From: Bacilli bacterium
Lineage (GTDB): Bacteria; Bacillota_I; Bacilli_A; RF39; UBA660
DNA length: 64,000 bases
NCBI GenBank assembly: GCA_900768815.1
Contig: CAAGEE010000018.1
Span: 67,138-131,137 of the forward strand
Reading direction: 5' to 3'
A program made the position numbers and the translations under genes. Below the pieces are notes generated by a model. It was not told the origin of the DNA, did no database searches, and worked only from the letters and a program-made list of their open reading frames with translations. Within the stretch, counting starts at the first letter, position 1. Each line of letters opens with the position of its first letter. Of this stretch, positions 58,531-64,000 are shown piece by piece.

Positions 58531-59829
58531 ATGAATGAAATAAAATGTCCAAAGTGTGGTACTGTTTTTCAGATAGATGAGGCAGATTATGATTCAATAG
58601 TAAAACAAGTTAGAGATAAAGAATTTGATAAGGAAATAAGTTCTAGAGAAGAACAGCATAAAGTAGATAGAGAAAATGCTGTTAAGTTGGCAGAAGCACA
58701 TATTAAAGAAGAGTTAGGGCAAGAACTTAATAGAAAAGATTTAGAAATTAGTGAGTTAAAATTATCATTAAAAGTAAATGAAGAGAAAACTATAAATAAA
58801 GTTGAAAAAGAGTATCAAGAACAGATAAATAAATTACAGTTACAAATAACAGAGTTAAAGAGTAAGATGCAGTTACAAGAGTCTAAGAGTGAGTTAGATA
58901 TACAAAAGGCTGTATCTGAAAAGAATCAGAAAATATCGGATTTAAGTAGTGAACTTGCTCTTAAGAGTAAAGAATTCGAGTTGAAAGAAACTACGATAAA
59001 AGAATCATATGAAAATAAGTTAAAAGATAAGGATGATCAAATTGCATATTATAAAGATTTTAAAGCTAAACAGTCTACAAAGATGATTGGGGAATCTTTA
59101 GAACAACATTGTAATGTAGAGTTTAATAGATTAAGACCATTATTTAAGAATGCTTATTTTGAAAAAGATAATGATGCTAGAACTGGATCTAAGGGAGATT
59201 TTATATTTAGAGATTACGATGATGATGGTAATGAGATTGTTTCTATTATGTTTGAGATGAAGAATGAAGCGGATATGACAGCGACTAAACATAAGAATGA
59301 AGATTTCTTTAAGGAGCTTGATAAAGATAGAAAAGAGAAGAAGTGTGAGTATGCAGTACTTGTTTCATTATTAGAGGCAGATAATGATTACTATAATGAT
59401 GGTATTGTAGATGTATCACATTTATATGATAAGATGTATGTTATTAGACCGCAGTTTTTTATACCTTTAATAACATTAATTAGAAATCTTGCGAATAAGT
59501 CATTAGAATATAGAAAAGAACTAGAAACTATTAAGAATCAAAATATAGATATTACACATTTTGAAGAGAATATTAATACATTTAAAGAAGGTTTTGGTAG
59601 AAACTATAGACTAGCGGCAGAAAGATTTCAAAAAGCAATAGAGGAAATTGATAAGACAATTGATCATTTACAAAAGACAAAAGAACATTTATTAAAGACT
59701 AATGATAATTTAAGACTGGCTAATAATAAAGCAGAAGATTTAACTATAAAAAAATTGACACATAATAATCCAACAATGAGTAAGATGTTTGAAGAATTAG
59801 AAAATAAAGAAAAAACATTAGAAGAGTAA
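58531..59829 (+). CDS. DUF2130-like protein (N-terminal zinc ribbon plus long coiled coil)
   Basis: RBS gaggagg. MNEIKCPKCGTVFQIDEADYDSIVKQVRDKEF. Extensive coiled coil. C-terminal FIFRDYDDDGNEIVSIMFEMKNE restriction-endonuclease-like beta strand. Confidence 0.6.
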   Translation: MNEIKCPKCGTVFQIDEADYDSIVKQVRDKEFDKEISSREEQHKVDRENAVKLAEAHIKEELGQELNRKDLEISELKLSLKVNEEKTINKVEKEYQEQINKLQLQITELKSKMQLQESKSELDIQKAVSEKNQKISDLSSELALKSKEFELKETTIKESYENKLKDKDDQIAYYKDFKAKQSTKMIGESLEQHCNVEFNRLRPLFKNAYFEKDNDARTGSKGDFIFRDYDDDGNEIVSIMFEMKNEADMTATKHKNEDFFKELDKDRKEKKCEYAVLVSLLEADNDYYNDGIVDVSHLYDKMYVIRPQFFIPLITLIRNLANKSLEYRKELETIKNQNIDITHFEENINTFKEGFGRNYRLAAERFQKAIEEIDKTIDHLQKTKEHLLKTNDNLRLANNKAEDLTIKKLTHNNPTMSKMFEELENKEKTLEE

Positions 59830-59925
59830 TTGGAAAGTGGAGAACGATTAGATAGAGAAGAATATTTTGAGAGATATTCTTTTTTTCTCACTAAAACATG
59901 ATATTATATAGTTAGGTGTAGTGAT

Positions 59926-61383
59926 ATGTATCAATTAAAGTATGATAATTTATTTACAAATATAATAGAAGATAAAAGTCATTTACTATGGAAAAATATA
60001 GATGATGTTTCAGCTGACGTGATGGATTTTATTAATAGTAAATCAGATAGTAGAGTTATTTATGTAGAGAGTGAAGATAAATATTATTGTAGTAAATGCT
60101 TGATGGAACTTAGTGATTCTAAATGTCCTAATTGTAGAAAGGAGATTGATAAAGATAATGTCCTTAAGATTTCTAATTTATCGGTACTTGATGAGGAGAA
60201 TTTTTTCTATAGTTATTACGTTTTTGATATTGTAGATAGAGAAGTTATTGTTTATAAAATAAAAGAAAATGTTAAGTATAGAGACGCTATTTTACCGATA
60301 AGATATAGGTATAGGGAATATAAGATTAGTGAAGTGTATGCTATTAATAAGAATAAGATAGTAGATATAAATGAGAATAAAGAATGTTTTTATAAAGACT
60401 TTTATACATATGATGATAATGATACTTTCTTAGACTTTATAGATAATGGATATTATTCGTATTTGTATGTTGGTAATTTAGAACAGTTAAAGTATGTTGA
60501 TATTTATAAGTATTCATTTATTTGGTTGGGTAAGGAATTCTTAGAGAAACGAAATGATATAAGTTTATTGGATATTACTTATAGTGCTCTTTATTATAGA
60601 CAGTTTGAATATTTGATAAAGTTAGGTTTTTATAATTTGGCATTTAGTTGTAATTGTTCTTGGATAGAAGATGAGTCTAAAGATATACTTGGAGTACCTA
60701 GAGGATATTATGAGTTTATGAGGAGTATAGATATTACTGTTTCACAATTAGAAGTTTTAAAGATTGTTAGGAGTTGTGATATTGATATTATTAATTTTTA
60801 TGAAGATTATCTTTATTTACTTTATGAACATGAAGATTATAAATATTTTGATATATTAAAAAAATATTTTGAGGAGAATGGTTATAAGAATGAGAGGTTA
60901 GTTGAGTACTTTGATTATCTTTCTTTAGTAGAAAAATGTGGACTTGATATGAAAGAAAAAAAAGTTTTATTTCCAAGTGATTTAGAAAAAGTACATGATA
61001 AGTTATCAGAAGAGTATATTTTGATGGAAAATCCAGAAATTGATAAGAAAATAAAATCTGTTAGTAATATTCTTAGTTTAAACAGATATGAAGATGATAA
61101 GTATATTATTTTTCCAGTACAATCAATTAATGGTTTGGTTGATGAGTCAAGTCAGATGCATAATTGTGTTAGAAGCTATTATGAAAGGGTTGCTGATGTT
61201 AAGAGTGAAGTTTATTTTATGAGAGAAAAAAATAGTATAGAAAAATCATTTGTTACTGTAGAGGTACGTAGGGGAAAAATAGTACAGGCTAGAAGTAAGT
61301 ATAATGGTGATGTTAGTGATGCTGTGTGGAAAGTATTAAGGAAATGGGAAAAGAGTTTGGTTTTGATAGATGAGGAAGAATAG
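59926..61383 (+). CDS. PcfJ-like protein
   Basis: N-terminal CSKC...CPNC zinc ribbon. The C-terminal NGLVDESSQMHNCVRSYYERV...VTVEVRRGKIVQARSKYN resembles the conserved PcfJ domain core (MxHCV...Y...TiEv..g.ivQ). Confidence 0.55.
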   Translation: MYQLKYDNLFTNIIEDKSHLLWKNIDDVSADVMDFINSKSDSRVIYVESEDKYYCSKCLMELSDSKCPNCRKEIDKDNVLKISNLSVLDEENFFYSYYVFDIVDREVIVYKIKENVKYRDAILPIRYRYREYKISEVYAINKNKIVDINENKECFYKDFYTYDDNDTFLDFIDNGYYSYLYVGNLEQLKYVDIYKYSFIWLGKEFLEKRNDISLLDITYSALYYRQFEYLIKLGFYNLAFSCNCSWIEDESKDILGVPRGYYEFMRSIDITVSQLEVLKIVRSCDIDIINFYEDYLYLLYEHEDYKYFDILKKYFEENGYKNERLVEYFDYLSLVEKCGLDMKEKKVLFPSDLEKVHDKLSEEYILMENPEIDKKIKSVSNILSLNRYEDDKYIIFPVQSINGLVDESSQMHNCVRSYYERVADVKSEVYFMREKNSIEKSFVTVEVRRGKIVQARSKYNGDVSDAVWKVLRKWEKSLVLIDEEE

Positions 61384-61487
61384 ATAATTAAGTGTTGTAG
61401 TTATTTAGAAATGGAAAAGTTCTAAGATAAGATATTATATTAGATTTTTTTGTTAAGATGGATTTAAAAACTTCCTGATAAAAAAAT

Positions 61488-61516
61488 TTGACAAGTACTA
61501 ATTTTGGTGTTATTAT
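61488..61516 (+). promoter_or_regulatory. sigma-A promoter of the pheST leader
   Basis: TTGACA, 17-nt spacer, TATTAT. Confidence 0.55.
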
Positions 61517-61519
61517 TTA

Positions 61520-61755
61520 AGTAATTTCGTTGATGAAGAAATTATCTAAGTAGTTATTTAGAATTCTATACAGGGAATAATGGTTAGCAACTGAGAGCCA
61601 TTTTAGAGAGTCTAAGTAATGAATTTCAATAATGGAGTCAAATCGTGATGAGCGTTATTCTATAGAGTGCTAAGTAATTAGAACAAAGGTGGTACCGCGG
61701 ATTTAATAGTGATTCGTCCTTTTTATGGATGATCACTATTTTTTATTTATAAGAG
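61520..61755 (+). promoter_or_regulatory. T-box riboswitch leader (Phe-tRNA sensing) upstream of pheS
   Basis: Conserved T-box sequence aacaaaggtggtaccgcg at 61682-61699. It is followed by a terminator hairpin (tagtgattcgtcc...ggatgatcacta then T6) overlapping the spurious 61725 start. Confidence 0.75.
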
Positions 61756-61766
61756 AGGGATGCAAT

Positions 61767-62804
61767 ATGAAAGAAAAATTAGAAGAAATCAGAAGTAAGG
61801 GATTAAAAAAAATTGAAGAAGTAGAAAAATTAGAAGATTTACAAGAAGTTACTAGAGAGATTACTGGTAAGAAAAGTGAATTGACTGAAGCTTTAAAGTC
61901 TCTTAGTGAATTATCAGTAGAGATGAAGAAGACTATTGGTATGCAAGCTACAGAGATTAAGAAGTTGTTTGCTGATAAGTTAAAAGAAAAAGAAGATGAA
62001 TTAATTAATGCTAAGAGCGTTGTTGATAAACCTTTAGATTTAACTTTACCAGGTATTGAAGTTGAAGGTGGTGCACTTCATCCAATTACACAAATGTGTT
62101 ATGACTTAAATGATGCCTTCTTATCACTTGGATTTGAGGTTTATAGTGAAGATGATATTAGTAGTGAGAAGTATGCTTTTGATAATTTGAATTTCCCTGC
62201 TGATCATCCTGCTCGTCAATCTATGGATACATTCTGGTTGGATGGAACTGAAGATAAAGCTGGAAATGAACGTTTATGTTTAAGACCACATTTAACAGGT
62301 GGGTCTGTTAGATACTTATTAGAGCATGGAGCTCCTGCTAGATTCGTATATCCTGGTAGAGTTTATAGAAATGAAACTACTGATGCTAGACATGAGAGAG
62401 CTTTCTTCCAATATGAAGCTTTAATAGTTGACAAAGATATTTCATTCTCATCTGGTATGGTTATGATTCAAACTATTTTAGAGAAAGTATTTGGTAGAAA
62501 AATCAATGTTCGTATGAGAGAGGGATTTTTCCCATTTACTGAGCCTGGATATGAAATAGATATGGAATGTTTAGTATGTGGTGGTAAAGGTTGTAAAGTA
62601 TGTAATCATAATGGTTGGATAGAAGTTATGCCAGGTGGAGTAATTCATCCAAATGTATTAAAGTCTGCTAATTTAGATCCGGAAGAATGGACTGGATTCT
62701 ATATTAATATAGGATTAGATAGATTGGTTATGATGCGTTATGGAGTAGATGATGTTAGATTATTCCATAGTGGAGATTTAAGATTTTTGGAGCAATTTAA
62801 GTAG
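61767..62804 (+). CDS. pheS: phenylalanine--tRNA ligase alpha subunit
   Basis: RBS agagaggg. Class II aaRS motifs: FPADHPARQSMDTFW, LRPHLTG (motif 2 region), GLDRLVMMRYGVDDVRLF (motif 3). Confidence 0.9.
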   Translation: MKEKLEEIRSKGLKKIEEVEKLEDLQEVTREITGKKSELTEALKSLSELSVEMKKTIGMQATEIKKLFADKLKEKEDELINAKSVVDKPLDLTLPGIEVEGGALHPITQMCYDLNDAFLSLGFEVYSEDDISSEKYAFDNLNFPADHPARQSMDTFWLDGTEDKAGNERLCLRPHLTGGSVRYLLEHGAPARFVYPGRVYRNETTDARHERAFFQYEALIVDKDISFSSGMVMIQTILEKVFGRKINVRMREGFFPFTEPGYEIDMECLVCGGKGCKVCNHNGWIEVMPGGVIHPNVLKSANLDPEEWTGFYINIGLDRLVMMRYGVDDVRLFHSGDLRFLEQFK

Positions 62805-62818
62805 GAGGTTTTAGAAGA

Positions 62819-64000
62819 TGAAAGTATCATTAAATTGGGTAAAGAAATATGTTGATTTACCAAAAGATGTAACAGAAAAACAAATAGCTTATGATTTAAC
62901 TTTAAGAACTGTTGAAGTTGAGTCTGTTGAAAATACAAAAGAAAAATTTCATGATATTGTTGTTGGTAAAATATTAGAAGTTAATGAACATCCTAATGCA
63001 GATAAATTAAAAGTATGTATAGTTGATATTGGTGAAGAAAAGTCAGTACAAATCGTATGCGGTGGATGTAATTTATATGTTGGTGAATATGTAGTTATAT
63101 CAAAACCTGGGGCTGAAGTTTATTGGCATGGTGAAGCTGGACTTGTTAAGATTAAAGAATCTAATATGAGAGGTGTTTCATCATATGGTATGATTTGTGG
63201 AGCAACTGAAGTTTATCTAGAACAATTATTTCCACCTAAGAGTGAAGATGAGATAGTTGATTTAAAAGGATATGAGTGCAAAGTTGGACAAAATATTGCT
63301 GATGTTATTTGTATGGACGATGTTGTTTTAGAAATAGATAATAAGTCTTTAACAAATAGACCTGATTTATGGGGTCATTATGGTATAGCAAGAGAATTAT
63401 CTGCAATATATAATGTACCATTAAAAGAGTTACCAGTTGCTAAGATTGATCCAAAACTTCCTAAATATAAAGTTGAAATAAAAGAACCTGAAAAATGTAA
63501 TAGATATGCAGCAGTTGAGATTGAAAATGTATATGATAAAGAATCACCTATGTGGATGAAGGCTGCTTTAATTAATGGTGGTATGAGACCAATCAATGCG
63601 ATTGTTGATATTACTAATTATGTAATGATGGCTGTAGGACAACCTTTACATGCTTTTGATAGAACTCATGTAGTCGGAGAAAAGATTGTTGTTAGAAATG
63701 CTAAGAAAGATGAAGAGTTATTATTACTTGATAATAATGCAATTAGTTTAACAGAAGATGATTTAGTAATTTGTGATACAGAAGATGCTATGGCTTTAGC
63801 TGGTATTCGTGGTGGTAAGAAAGACTCTATTTTGCCAGAGACAACTGGAATTGTGTTAGAAGTTGCTAACTTTACAGCCACTACTATTAGAAAAACAGGT
63901 AAGAGATTTGATGAGAAGACTGATGCTTCTATTAGATATGAGAAGAATATTGATACTGAAAGAGTAGAGCAAGGTTTAGCATTAGCATTAGAATTATTCA
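62819..64000 (+). CDS. pheT: phenylalanine--tRNA ligase beta subunit (5' partial, runs off window)
   Basis: RBS ggaggtt. MKVSLNWVKKYVDLPKD then a tRNA-binding (EMAP/Myf) domain (VGKILEVNEHPNADKLKVC). Continues to the window end. Confidence 0.9.

Noticed and set aside
61725-61766. Upstream in-frame start (MDDHYFLFIREGCNM) for pheS.
   Set aside because: That ATG lies inside the T-box terminator hairpin. A proper RBS (agagaggg) precedes ATG 61767, and that start gives a normal-length PheS.

Overview
64 kb of AT-rich (roughly 28-30% GC) chromosome from a Clostridia-like low-GC Firmicute. I found no rRNA or tRNA genes and no CRISPR array. Almost all supported genes are on the + strand. The window has four parts. 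(a) Positions 1-3.3 kb are small housekeeping or hypothetical genes: a histidine-phosphatase-family protein, an acidic coiled-coil protein and a possible PP2C-like protein. (b) Positions 3.7-29 kb are a large accessory locus and the most unusual content in the window. It has at least eight paralogous secreted proteins with SipW-cognate (TasA/camelysin-like) signal peptides. It has three SipW-type signal peptidase I paralogs, two with intact GSM catalytic motifs and long C-terminal extensions, and one that has lost both catalytic residues. It has an 8.5-kb gene for a 2839-aa membrane-anchored beta-helix repeat protein with (V/I/L)(Y/F)GGxN repeats like chlamydial Pmp proteins. Embedded in it is a tightly coupled three-gene module whose middle gene is an N-terminally membrane-anchored McrB-family AAA+ GTPase. 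(c) Positions 29-50 kb are core-like genes. These include a lipoprotein, a SAM-dependent methyltransferase, an RluA-family pseudouridine synthase, a membrane protein with about 22 copies of a PVVEPVA (21-bp) repeat, and a cell-wall glycan modification cluster. That cluster has a GT4 transferase, an Alg14-like protein, an Alg13-like/GtrA fusion, a GT2 GtrB-like transferase, a phosphodiester glycosidase and a polysaccharide deacetylase. This part ends with nifJ (pyruvate:ferredoxin oxidoreductase), recG and a phosphodiesterase-GNAT fusion. (d) Positions 50.2-61.4 kb look like a decayed mobile or defense island. It holds a promoter-to-terminator small RNA candidate, a Fic protein with a small upstream partner, a PIN-GNAT-PUA-like fusion next to a standalone ASCH protein, tyrosine-integrase and IS30-like transposase remnants, a GmrSD-like (DUF262/DUF1524) type IV restriction enzyme, a GC-richer degraded remnant, and NUDIX, DUF2130-like and PcfJ-like genes. 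The window ends with a Phe T-box leader, pheS, and the 5' part of pheT. All calls are by eye from motifs and sequence patterns. No database searches were run.
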